This document shows positions 31,521 through 40,768 of a DNA stretch of 55,818 nt, in pieces. The stretch lies in contig JALXCD010000095.1 of NCBI GenBank assembly GCA_026991135.1, positions 1-55,818 of the forward strand. The letters are read 5' to 3'. This DNA is from Deltaproteobacteria bacterium (GTDB lineage Bacteria > Desulfobacterota > Dissulfuribacteria > Dissulfuribacterales > QOAL01). Position numbers and translations under genes: made by a program. Below the pieces are notes generated by a model that did no database searches, was not told where the DNA came from, and saw only the letters and a list, made by a program, of their open reading frames with translations. The stretch's first letter is position 1. Each line of letters begins with the position of its first letter.

Positions 31521-32489
31521 ATGGAAATTTTGTGGATAATTCTGAAAATTGTAATTGTCTTTGCCGTATTGATGGTCCATGTGATGTATGCGACCTATTT
31601 TGAACGAAAGGTCATAGGTCACATGCAGGTCAGGATGGGACCGATGCGCGTGGGGCCCCACGGTATCCTTCAGCCCATTGCTGATGGTCTTAAGCTCTTT
31701 TTCAAGGAGGATGTCGTCCCTGAACAGGTGGACAAAAGGGTCTTTTATATAGCCCCGCTGATTTGCCTGATATCGGCCCTCAGTGCAGTTGCAGTTGTCC
31801 CTTTCTTTAAGGGTTTTGCAATAGCCAACATCAATATTGGCCTTTTGTATATCTTTGCCATGAGTTCTCTTGCCGCCTACGGAGTAGTCCTTGCAGGCTG
31901 GTCATCCAATTCGAAGTATCCGTTCCTTGGGGGGCTCAGGGCCTCTGCACAGGTAATCAGCTACGAGATAGCCATGGGGCTAAGTCTTGTGGGAGTAATG
32001 ATGATGGCAGGCTCCCTGAACCTAACAGATATAGTCATGGCACAGTCCAGGAGCCCCTTCAAAATCTATCTAATCCCGCAATTCATCGGCTTTTTTGTCT
32101 TTTTGATCGCCATGTTTGCAGAGACCAACAGGACACCCTTTGACCTTCCAGAGGCAGAGCCTGAGCTTGTGGCTGGCTACTGCACCGAATATAGCGGAAT
32201 GAGATTTGCGCTATTTTTCATGGCCGAATACATCGGCATGATAGTGATGTCCTGTGTGGGGGTGGTCTGTTTTCTTGGAGGCTGGAATGGCCCATTTGAT
32301 GTCCCAGGCATTCCCTTTTTCTGGTTTATACTCAAGGTCTATCTTTTCATCTTTCTCTATTACTGGGTAAGGGCCACTCTTCCCAGATACAGATACGATC
32401 AACTCATGGCCCTTGGCTGGAAGGTTCTTATTCCACTGGCCCTTTTCAACATTTTGCTTACAGGCACCATGAAATCCATTTTGGGGTAA
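31521..32489 (+). CDS. nuoH: Complex I subunit H
   Basis: ERKVIG, QPIADGLKL, AQVISYE, RTPFDLPEAE, RYRYDQL. Confidence 0.97.
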   Translation: MEILWIILKIVIVFAVLMVHVMYATYFERKVIGHMQVRMGPMRVGPHGILQPIADGLKLFFKEDVVPEQVDKRVFYIAPLICLISALSAVAVVPFFKGFAIANINIGLLYIFAMSSLAAYGVVLAGWSSNSKYPFLGGLRASAQVISYEIAMGLSLVGVMMMAGSLNLTDIVMAQSRSPFKIYLIPQFIGFFVFLIAMFAETNRTPFDLPEAEPELVAGYCTEYSGMRFALFFMAEYIGMIVMSCVGVVCFLGGWNGPFDVPGIPFFWFILKVYLFIFLYYWVRATLPRYRYDQLMALGWKVLIPLALFNILLTGTMKSILG

Positions 32490-32501
32490 AAGGCAGGGAT
32501 T

Positions 32502-33152
32502 ATGGAAATACGTTACAAGACAAAAAAAGGATTACTGGAAAACATTCTTTTGCTCGAGATATTAAAGGGTCTGGGTCTTACCCTAAAAAGGCTTTTTTCA
32601 AGGTCTGTTACTATCCAGTATCCAAATGAGCGAAAGCCGCTTTTCCCGGGGTTTAGGGGAAAACATGCCCTCATAAGGGACCCTGTAACAGGCGATGCAA
32701 AGTGTGTTGCCTGCATGAGATGTGCATCAGTATGTCCAGCAAGGTGTATAACCATACGATTTGAAAGGGATGAAGAGACAAATGCAAGAAGGCTTACCAA
32801 GTACGAGATAGATTCATTGCGGTGCATTTTTTGCGGGTATTGTGAAGAGGTCTGCCCAGTAAATGCCCTGGTCCTGACAGAAGAATATGAATACTCGGGC
32901 TACACCAGGACTCCGTTTCTTTTTGACAAAGAAGGGCTTCTCAGGAACTGGGACGAATTTTTGGAGAAAAACCGTCTGGATGAAAAAAGATATCTCAATC
33001 CCTTTATGCGCCCTAGAGGGATTTCCGTTAAAGAGCTTCCTTCAGGAAAGAGGATTGATGTTCCAAAAGAGTGGACTCTTGAAGGCCAGGTGATCTGGAG
33101 AAACGGAAAGGCTGAAAGCGTTTCTGCCAGGGAGATATCCAGGGAGGAATAA
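32502..33152 (+). CDS. nuoI: Complex I subunit I with long C-terminal extension
   Basis: TIQYP, FRG, CVACMRCASVCP and CIFCGYCEEVCP. Confidence 0.95.
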   Translation: MEIRYKTKKGLLENILLLEILKGLGLTLKRLFSRSVTIQYPNERKPLFPGFRGKHALIRDPVTGDAKCVACMRCASVCPARCITIRFERDEETNARRLTKYEIDSLRCIFCGYCEEVCPVNALVLTEEYEYSGYTRTPFLFDKEGLLRNWDEFLEKNRLDEKRYLNPFMRPRGISVKELPSGKRIDVPKEWTLEGQVIWRNGKAESVSAREISREE

Positions 33153-33674
33153 ATGGTCTATCTTTTATTTTTTTACTTTTCCATTGTGGTTATAGGCCTT
33201 GCCTATAAGGTAATTTCGGCAAAAAACCCGGTTCATGGCGTGCTTACCATGCTTGCCCTCTTTTTCCACATGGCAGGCTTCTATCTTCTTTTAAATGCCG
33301 AGTTTTTGGCCGCCGTCCAGGTAATTGTCTATTGCGGTGCCATACTGGTTCTCTATCTCTTCGTGCTCTTTCTGGTTGACATAAAGAGCGAGGTTAAAAC
33401 AGGTCCTTTTATAAAAAATGGCGCAAAACTCGCCATACTTAGCTCCATTCTGTTGCTTTTGACCTTTCTAAGGGGTGTCAAGAACTTCAGCCTTGGCCCC
33501 CACGGCCATTTTACAATTGAAAGGGTGCAGGAAATTACCCATACCAAGGCCATTGGGCAGGAGGTCTTCACCACCTACATACTGCCCTTTGAGATTGCGG
33601 GCCTGATACTTCTTGTGGCTGTTATTGGGGGTCTTGCCCTGGCCAAAAGGGAAGCTGAAGGAAAGGAGGGCTGA
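33153..33674 (+). CDS. nuoJ: Complex I subunit J
   Basis: NPVHG, AEFLAAVQVIVYCGAI, YILPFE. Confidence 0.94.
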   Translation: MVYLLFFYFSIVVIGLAYKVISAKNPVHGVLTMLALFFHMAGFYLLLNAEFLAAVQVIVYCGAILVLYLFVLFLVDIKSEVKTGPFIKNGAKLAILSSILLLLTFLRGVKNFSLGPHGHFTIERVQEITHTKAIGQEVFTTYILPFEIAGLILLVAVIGGLALAKREAEGKEG

Positions 33675-33677
33675 AAA

Positions 33678-33980
33678 ATGGTGCATCTAAGCTGGTACAT
33701 GACGGTTTCTGCCATCCTTTTTTCCATGGGCGTCTTTGGTTTTTTGACAAGGCGAAACCTCATAATGATGCTTCTTTGCATTGAGCTCATGCTAAATGCC
33801 ATAAATCTCAATCTCGTGGCCATTAGCCACTACATGGAAGATATGAGGGGACAGGTCCTTGTATTTTTCATTATTGCCGTCGCAGCAGCAGAGGCAGCTA
33901 TAGGCCTTGGTCTTATAGTTACCCTTTTCCGAAACGTAAAAAGCGTTTACACAGAAGACCTCACTACCCTGAAAGGATAG
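33678..33980 (+). CDS. nuoK: Complex I subunit K
   Basis: RRNL, IELMLNA, AAAEAAIGL. Confidence 0.96.
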   Translation: MVHLSWYMTVSAILFSMGVFGFLTRRNLIMMLLCIELMLNAINLNLVAISHYMEDMRGQVLVFFIIAVAAAEAAIGLGLIVTLFRNVKSVYTEDLTTLKG

Positions 33981-33984
33981 AGCC

Positions 33985-35904
33985 ATGAGTATCCCTGTTT
34001 TCATTCTCTTGATACCTTTCCTTCCCCTGGTATCCTTCGTATTTACAATCCTTTTTGGTAAAAGGTTCGGAGAAAAGGCTCACTGGCCTCCAATAATAGC
34101 GGTTTTTGCCTCCCTTTTTTGTGCACTTATTGCCTTTAACAAGGTGCTTCACGGGTTTCATCTAAACGAGGACCTTTACGTATGGTTTTCGTCTGGGCAC
34201 TTCAAGGCATCTGTAGGGTTTTTAGTGGACGAGCTAACCGCTGTTATGCTCATAGTTGTTACAAGTGTCAGTGCCCTGGTTCATGTGTATTCTGTGGGCT
34301 ACATGCACGGAGATACAGGTTACTACAGGTTTTTTTCCTATCTGAGCCTTTTCACCTTCTCCATGCTCATGCTGGTACTTGGCAACAATTTTTTACAACT
34401 GTATTTCGGCTGGGAGGCCGTGGGCCTTTCTTCATACCTTTTGATTGGTTTCTGGTTTGAGAAAAAGTCCGCCTCTGATGCGGGCAAGAAAGCATTTATC
34501 GTTAACAGGTTCGGGGATTTTGGATTTGGCCTTGGGATTTTCGTGGTTTTCCTGACCTTTGGATCCGTCCATTATGCCGATGTCTTTTCCCAGGTGAGTC
34601 AGGCAGTTGGAAAGGGCTTTGATTTCTTAGGGTTTCGTGTTGACGTTATAACCCTGATGGCAGTACTTCTTTTTTGCGGTGCTGTTGGAAAATCTGCCCA
34701 GATCCCGCTTCACGTCTGGCTTCCTGATGCAATGGAGGGCCCCACTCCTGTCAGTGCCCTTATACACGCGGCAACCATGGTCACTGCCGGTGTCTTTCTG
34801 GTTGCAAGGTGTCACCCAATTTACGATTTGTCACCCTTTGCCCTAAATTTGATAACCATAATAGGGGCTCTTACATGCCTTTTTGCCGCAACAATAGCCC
34901 TTGTCCAGGTGGATATAAAAAGGGTTATTGCATACTCCACAATCAGCCAGCTTGCCTACATGTTCATCGGTTGCGGCGTAAAGGCATATGGAGCAGGGAT
35001 TTTTCACCTCTTTACCCATGCCTATTTTAAGGCCCTCCTATTTTTGGGGGCTGGAAGCGTGATACATGCCATGAGTGACGAGCAGGATATTAGAAAGATG
35101 GGAGGGCTTAAAAGCTATCTTCCCATTACCTATTTCACCTTCCTCCTGGCATCCCTGTCAATCTCTGGGATTCCTGGCTTTGCCGGCTTTTTCAGCAAGG
35201 ATGAAATCCTTGCCATGGCCTTTGCTTCACCGGTTGGCGCAGGAAAAGTTGCCTGGTTTATAGGAACTGTTGTGGCAGGAATGACCGCCTTTTATTCATT
35301 CAGGCTCTTTTTTCTCACCTTTCATGGTGAATTCAGGGGGACAGATGAGCAAAGGCGCAAGCTTCATGAATCTCCCTTTTCAATGGCAATACCCCTGTCC
35401 CTCCTGGCCATTGGCTCTGTGGTTGCCGGCTGGGTAGGAGTGCCAGAGGTCCTTGGAGGTGAAAATGGCTGGGCCGAGTTTATCGGAAGGTGCCTTGGTC
35501 ATCCACATGCCCACCTTTCTCATTCAGTTGAGTGGACCTTGATGATCATATCGGTTGCCGCTGGCGTAACCGGGATTTACCTGGCCTATCTCATGTACCT
35601 GAAGAGGCCAGAACTGCCTGTTTCCCTTTATGAAAAATTTCCGCGTGTCTATGAATGGCTATTTAACAAATACTATGTGGATGAATTTTATGGCTGGCTG
35701 ATAGTCCAGCCCACCATAAGATGCGGCCGCTATGTCTTGAGAGGCTTTACAGACGGAAAGATAATCGAGGGCATTGTAAACGGTATCCCAAGGTTGATTG
35801 GAAAGTGCAGCAGCGGTCTTTCCGGGTTTCAGACCGGAAGGGTCCAGCAATATGCGGGAGTTATGGCCATTGGCGCATTTATTTTGCTTCTTTTTTTCAT
35901 GTAA
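33985..35904 (+). CDS. nuoL: Complex I antiporter-like subunit L
   Basis: WEAVG, GKSAQIPLHVWLPDAMEGPTPVSALIHAATMV, GFFSKD; full length (639 aa). Confidence 0.97.
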   Translation: MSIPVFILLIPFLPLVSFVFTILFGKRFGEKAHWPPIIAVFASLFCALIAFNKVLHGFHLNEDLYVWFSSGHFKASVGFLVDELTAVMLIVVTSVSALVHVYSVGYMHGDTGYYRFFSYLSLFTFSMLMLVLGNNFLQLYFGWEAVGLSSYLLIGFWFEKKSASDAGKKAFIVNRFGDFGFGLGIFVVFLTFGSVHYADVFSQVSQAVGKGFDFLGFRVDVITLMAVLLFCGAVGKSAQIPLHVWLPDAMEGPTPVSALIHAATMVTAGVFLVARCHPIYDLSPFALNLITIIGALTCLFAATIALVQVDIKRVIAYSTISQLAYMFIGCGVKAYGAGIFHLFTHAYFKALLFLGAGSVIHAMSDEQDIRKMGGLKSYLPITYFTFLLASLSISGIPGFAGFFSKDEILAMAFASPVGAGKVAWFIGTVVAGMTAFYSFRLFFLTFHGEFRGTDEQRRKLHESPFSMAIPLSLLAIGSVVAGWVGVPEVLGGENGWAEFIGRCLGHPHAHLSHSVEWTLMIISVAAGVTGIYLAYLMYLKRPELPVSLYEKFPRVYEWLFNKYYVDEFYGWLIVQPTIRCGRYVLRGFTDGKIIEGIVNGIPRLIGKCSSGLSGFQTGRVQQYAGVMAIGAFILLLFFM

Positions 35905-35928
35905 TTAAGAGGGGAGGAATTGTTTCAA

Positions 35929-37464
35929 ATGGAATATGGATTTCCAATACTTAGTTCCCTGATTTTTCTGCCAATTATTGGCGCAATAGGCATCCTGTTC
36001 ATACCCAGGAAGGAAGAGCTGGAGGTAAAAAGGTTTGCCCTACTGGTTGCAGTGCTGGAATTTTTCCTTTCCCTTCCACTCTGGTTTGGATTTGACAAGG
36101 CAACCCACTTGATGCAGTTCGTGGAAAAGAGGGAATGGATTTCCTCTTGGAATGTCCAATATTACCTGGGAATCGATGGAATAAGCGTTCTTTTTATTCT
36201 TCTTTCCACCCTTATCACCATCTTGTGCATCCTGGTTTCCTGGACTGCAATCACAGATAAAATAAAGGAGTTTTTTGCAGCCCTCCTCTTCTTGGAAGGG
36301 GTGATGATAGGGGTTTTTTGCGCCCTTGACTTTTTCCTCTTTTACATATTCTGGGAGGCCATGCTGATCCCCATGTACCTGATTATTGGCGTATGGGGCG
36401 GCCCTGGAAGGCTTTACGCCACAATAAAATTCTTTCTCTATACACTTATTGGAAGTCTTTTGATGCTGGTAGGGATAATAATGCTCTATCTCAAGGGCGG
36501 GCACACCTTTGATATTTTGAAACTGGCATCAAACAATTATGACTTTAAATTCCAGATGATTCTTTTCTGGACCTTTTTTGCCGCCTTTGCAGTCAAGGTT
36601 CCCATGTGGCCGGTCCACACCTGGCTTCCGGATGCACACACAGAGGCTCCGGCAGCAGGCTCGGTCATTCTTGCCGGCATTTTGATCAAGATGGGGGCAT
36701 ACGGATTCTTGCGGTTTTCCATGCCAATTTGCCCGCAGGCAACCCAGGCAATGATGGTCCCAATGCTTGTCCTTTCAGTCATTGCCATAATCTACGGGGC
36801 TGTAATCTGCCTGGGCCAGGATGATATGAAAAGGCTCATTGCCTATAGCTCTGTAAGCCACATGGGCTTTGTCACCCTAGGCATCTTTGCCCTAAATTAC
36901 CAGGGCCTTGAAGGCGCAATTCTCCAGATGATAAATCACGGGGTGGTTACGGGGGCATTATTTCTTTCCGTGGGTATCATATATGAACAAACCCATACCA
37001 GGGAGATCTCAGATTACGGCGGACTTGCAACCGTAACCCCGATATTTGCCGGCTTTTTCCTGGTCTTTACCCTGGCATCAATAGGCTTTCCAAGCCTCAA
37101 CGGGTTTGTTGGTGAATTTCTGATACTCCTGGGCGGTTTTGCGGCAAAGACATGGGCAGGTTTTTTGGGAGCCACAGGAATAATAATTGGAGCAGGATAC
37201 ATGTTATGGCTCTATCAAAGGGTATTTTTCATGAAGGTGAATGAAAAGGTGGCAGGTGTGCGTGATATAAATTTACGGGAGATCATTACCCTTCTTCCAA
37301 TGCTCATCTTGATCTTCTGGATAGGTATATTTCCAAATAACTTTTTAAGCTACATGCATGTGTCTGTTACCCACCTGCTGGATCAGGTAAATCAAAATTC
37401 CGGCCTTGTGCAGACAGGCCCCCAGGCATTTTTGGAAACTGCTATAAGGCTCATAGGAGGTTAG
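35929..37464 (+). CDS. nuoM: Complex I antiporter-like subunit M
   Basis: FYIFWE, KVPMWPVHTWLPDAHTEAP, AYSSVSHMG, FVGEF. ATG 35929 follows GGAGG. Confidence 0.97.
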   Translation: MEYGFPILSSLIFLPIIGAIGILFIPRKEELEVKRFALLVAVLEFFLSLPLWFGFDKATHLMQFVEKREWISSWNVQYYLGIDGISVLFILLSTLITILCILVSWTAITDKIKEFFAALLFLEGVMIGVFCALDFFLFYIFWEAMLIPMYLIIGVWGGPGRLYATIKFFLYTLIGSLLMLVGIIMLYLKGGHTFDILKLASNNYDFKFQMILFWTFFAAFAVKVPMWPVHTWLPDAHTEAPAAGSVILAGILIKMGAYGFLRFSMPICPQATQAMMVPMLVLSVIAIIYGAVICLGQDDMKRLIAYSSVSHMGFVTLGIFALNYQGLEGAILQMINHGVVTGALFLSVGIIYEQTHTREISDYGGLATVTPIFAGFFLVFTLASIGFPSLNGFVGEFLILLGGFAAKTWAGFLGATGIIIGAGYMLWLYQRVFFMKVNEKVAGVRDINLREIITLLPMLILIFWIGIFPNNFLSYMHVSVTHLLDQVNQNSGLVQTGPQAFLETAIRLIGG

Positions 37465-37471
37465 AACCAAG

Positions 37472-38908
37472 ATGTCAAATACCTTCCTTTTCCCGGTTGT
37501 TTCACCCTTAGGCCCTGAGATTTTCCTGGCAGCCGTTGCCTGCTGCCTGGTAATATTTGACTCCCTTTTCAAGGAGCAAAGAAACATTTTTCCGGTAATT
37601 TCCATTACAGGCGCAACTGTTACCACCTTAATGGTTGCAAGCTCCAAGGGGCTTGGTTTTTCCGGAATGTATAACGTGGATGGCTTCAGTGTCTTTTTTA
37701 AGATTATATGTCTTCTTGCCCTGATCTTTACCGTCCTGATGTCCCACAATCATTTGAAGGTTCTCGGTGTTAAAAGGGAAGGAGAATATTACAGCCTCAT
37801 GCTTTTTGCCTGTATAGGCATGATGGTAATGGCCTCTGCCCTTGATCTTATTGTTCTCTATCTTGGCCTGGAACTTATGGCCCTTAGCGTATATTGCCTG
37901 GTTGGAATTCAGAAAAAGGACAAAAGGGCAAGCGAGGCTGCCATAAAATATTTTTTACTTGGGGCCTTTGCATCATGCCTTTTTTTATTCGGGCTTTCCT
38001 ATATCTATGGTGCTACAGGCACAACATCGTTACCGGTGGTAACCAGTTTTTTGACAGGTGAAGGCATTAAATCAAATCCGGCCTTTTTGCTAGGTCTTGG
38101 CCTTGTACTGATTGCCTTTTCCTTTAAGGTGGCTGCCGCGCCATTTCACATGTGGACCCCGGATGCATACGAGGGCGCAATGACGCCGGTAACCGGCTTC
38201 ATGTCAGTTGCTCCAAAGGCAGCCGGGTTTGCAGCCCTTTCAAGGCTTCTGTTCGAGGCCTTTCCCGCACTTCATGGCAACTGGGTATTGCCTTTTGAGA
38301 TAATGATCTTTTTGACCATGGCCATTGGGAATATTACTGCCATTAGCCAGGTTTCCATAAAAAGGATGCTTGCCTATTCGTCCATTGCACATGCAGGCTA
38401 TGCCCTTTTGGGCCTTCTGCCCGGGACTGCCCAGGGTGTTTCCGCCACCATGAACTACCTTTTCATTTATCTTTTCATGAATATGGGCGCCTTTGCGGTA
38501 ATAGTTCTTTTGCAGCAGAAGGGACTGGCAGGTGAAAGGCTTGAAGATTACAAGGGGCTTGCAAAAAGCCATCCTGTTGCAGCAGGGCTCATGCTTGTCT
38601 TCATGTTTTCCCTAACTGGCATTCCGCCAACAGCAGGCTTTATTGGCAAGTTCAACTTGTTCGTGGCCGCCTTAAATGCCGGTTATACAGGCATGGTGAT
38701 CTGGGCAGTGATCTTTAGCGCAATCTCGGCATATTTTTACCTGAGGGTTGTGATGCTCATGTACATGCACGAGCCTCAAAAAGAGGTGGCCATTGTACGC
38801 TCAGGTGCGCTCTCGGCTGTTCTTGTCATGACCCTTGCAGGCGTTTTGATCATTGGGATTTATCCCAATGATCTTTTGCACCTTGCAGGCATGATCTTTG
38901 GCAAGTAA
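37472..38908 (+). CDS. nuoN: Complex I antiporter-like subunit N
   Basis: EAAIKYF, FKVAAAPFHMWTPDAYEGA, KRMLAYSSIAHAG, GIPPTAGF. Confidence 0.97.
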   Translation: MSNTFLFPVVSPLGPEIFLAAVACCLVIFDSLFKEQRNIFPVISITGATVTTLMVASSKGLGFSGMYNVDGFSVFFKIICLLALIFTVLMSHNHLKVLGVKREGEYYSLMLFACIGMMVMASALDLIVLYLGLELMALSVYCLVGIQKKDKRASEAAIKYFLLGAFASCLFLFGLSYIYGATGTTSLPVVTSFLTGEGIKSNPAFLLGLGLVLIAFSFKVAAAPFHMWTPDAYEGAMTPVTGFMSVAPKAAGFAALSRLLFEAFPALHGNWVLPFEIMIFLTMAIGNITAISQVSIKRMLAYSSIAHAGYALLGLLPGTAQGVSATMNYLFIYLFMNMGAFAVIVLLQQKGLAGERLEDYKGLAKSHPVAAGLMLVFMFSLTGIPPTAGFIGKFNLFVAALNAGYTGMVIWAVIFSAISAYFYLRVVMLMYMHEPQKEVAIVRSGALSAVLVMTLAGVLIIGIYPNDLLHLAGMIFGK

Positions 38909-38918
38909 AAAAGCGTTT

Positions 38919-40505
38919 TTATCCTTCTAGAACCCTTCTACATGCCCTGGCAAAGTCTTCAGGGAAGTGACCGGTTATCCACCTTCCCTGCTGCTCGCTG
39001 AAGGCCCCAGGGGATTGGGGATGTTTTGGCAAAAAGGAGTACATGAGCCTTTGGTCAGAGCTTGAAAAGAACCTTTTTGAAATTTCAAAGGAGGTTATCA
39101 TCCTTGCTCCAAGTCCTGCCAGTGCCCTTACTGCCTTTAATATGGCCAGATCAATGCTCCTTCTTGTATCAAGGTCTGCTTCAAGTATGTTTCCTACAGG
39201 TTTAAGGCACAAAAGCTGTAATTCCCCTTGAGAACGCTGGGCCTTTGGCGCAAAAAGTATCACATTTTCATCCCTAAAGACTGTCAATTCACCGCTGATG
39301 TCACTTCTTTCATCAATCCTTTTGTTGGATTCTATTGCCCTTATAAGACAGGTAAAAAAGGAACGGCCAAATTCTTTTTTGTATTGGGTGGTAAACGCCT
39401 CTACACTATCTCCTATCGCATAGGTGGGGAACTCATTTCTTGATGAAATCTCAAGGGATGTATCCGGTATGAGGGCAAATTGCTGATGTATCTGCTGGTG
39501 GGATGCATTGAGTCTAAATCCCGAGGGGCTGAAATCATAGCCAAAGTTCCAGCCCCAAAGGGTTGCACTGAATCTAAGATCCTTTTTTGCTTTTCCTCCC
39601 TTTATTTCTTCCAGAATCTTTAATCTAATCTCTTCAAGCTCCTTTTCCGAAAAAAGCCCCCTTTTTTTCAGATTATTCCCAAGCTCCACAAGAAGGGTAG
39701 TGAATATCCTCTGGTAATAAAGGTGCCTAAGCCCCCTTATATCCTTTTCATCAAGCGTATCTACAGAATATCTTACAGCATCCTGGGCCATATTGGCAGC
39801 AAAATGCCCCCAGGGTATATAGCTATTGGCCCTTAGATATTCCCAGATGTGACCCCTTTTCTTGTCAATGAATTCTCCTACAATTGGGCTTAATCCTTGG
39901 ATGCCAGGGTTTAAAAGGAGAAGTCTTTTAAGATAATCGGGCAGAAAGGGATTGTTGCCCAGTGTTTCATAAAGGTCGTGGTCAAGTATCCTTGGCCTGA
40001 CCCTTCCATTTTCATCACTTTCATATTTTAGACCTGTGATTTTCCCTTTTCTGTCCCGCATAAATTCAGCACAGAGGGGCAAAAGTTTTTTCAGTATCCT
40101 CGGGTCCTTACAGGTTTGTGCAATTGCTAGGATAACTGGGCGTGGGATGTCTTTTATATCAAGTTTAAAAAACTCATCCCAATTTTCAAAATTGCACTCC
40201 CCTTTTGGTTCAAAACTTATTGGAATATCCCTTTTTGAATTTTCCCTGGCAATATCTCCAAGAATAAATGTGGCCCCCAAGAATGGAAAGGCATTTGGTA
40301 TTTCAAAGATGGGCTGTGCCTTGTCAACATGGATATCTCCCTTTGGGAAATTGGCAAGGTTTTGAACCATACTTCCATCTTCCAACTGTCCAAGGTCTAA
40401 AACTGTTTCGTTCAGCCTGTGGTTTAGAACGTGATAGCTTGGAAGGTGGCATGAGACCAAAAAGTATCCGTCAGGGTGTACGCAGGTTTTGACCAGTCGG
40501 TTCAA
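38919..40505 (-). CDS. Hypothetical protein, possibly GalT/HIT-superfamily nucleotidyl transferase/hydrolase
   Basis: 528-aa ORF; TTG start with AAGGAGG RBS; WNFG...NASHQQIHQQ resembles GalT-type GAS..HxHxQ; FAPKAQR..GE resembles the second GalT half. Confidence 0.55.
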   Translation of the reverse strand: MNRLVKTCVHPDGYFLVSCHLPSYHVLNHRLNETVLDLGQLEDGSMVQNLANFPKGDIHVDKAQPIFEIPNAFPFLGATFILGDIARENSKRDIPISFEPKGECNFENWDEFFKLDIKDIPRPVILAIAQTCKDPRILKKLLPLCAEFMRDRKGKITGLKYESDENGRVRPRILDHDLYETLGNNPFLPDYLKRLLLLNPGIQGLSPIVGEFIDKKRGHIWEYLRANSYIPWGHFAANMAQDAVRYSVDTLDEKDIRGLRHLYYQRIFTTLLVELGNNLKKRGLFSEKELEEIRLKILEEIKGGKAKKDLRFSATLWGWNFGYDFSPSGFRLNASHQQIHQQFALIPDTSLEISSRNEFPTYAIGDSVEAFTTQYKKEFGRSFFTCLIRAIESNKRIDERSDISGELTVFRDENVILFAPKAQRSQGELQLLCLKPVGNILEADLDTRRSIDLAILKAVRALAGLGARMITSFEISKRFFSSSDQRLMYSFLPKHPQSPGAFSEQQGRWITGHFPEDFARACRRVLEG

Positions 40506-40768
40506 GTTGTTACCTCCTTAGAAATTCAAGGGAATAATAAACTGTTTTTTAAAAAATGAAATAACAAGAGTCGGAGAATGGACTGGAAAACTTGCCGGCA
40601 ATAGGAATGAAAGGGTAAAGGTTATTTTTAACGGTAAATTGATGAGAAATTTTCTTAAAGGCCAAAGAGAAATGGCAAACTGGCCCAATTTATGCTAAAA
40701 TTTTTAAAATATGAATCTTTCAGGCTCTTTTTTATAAAGAGTGCTTTTGTCTAAAAAGGGGTCTTTTT

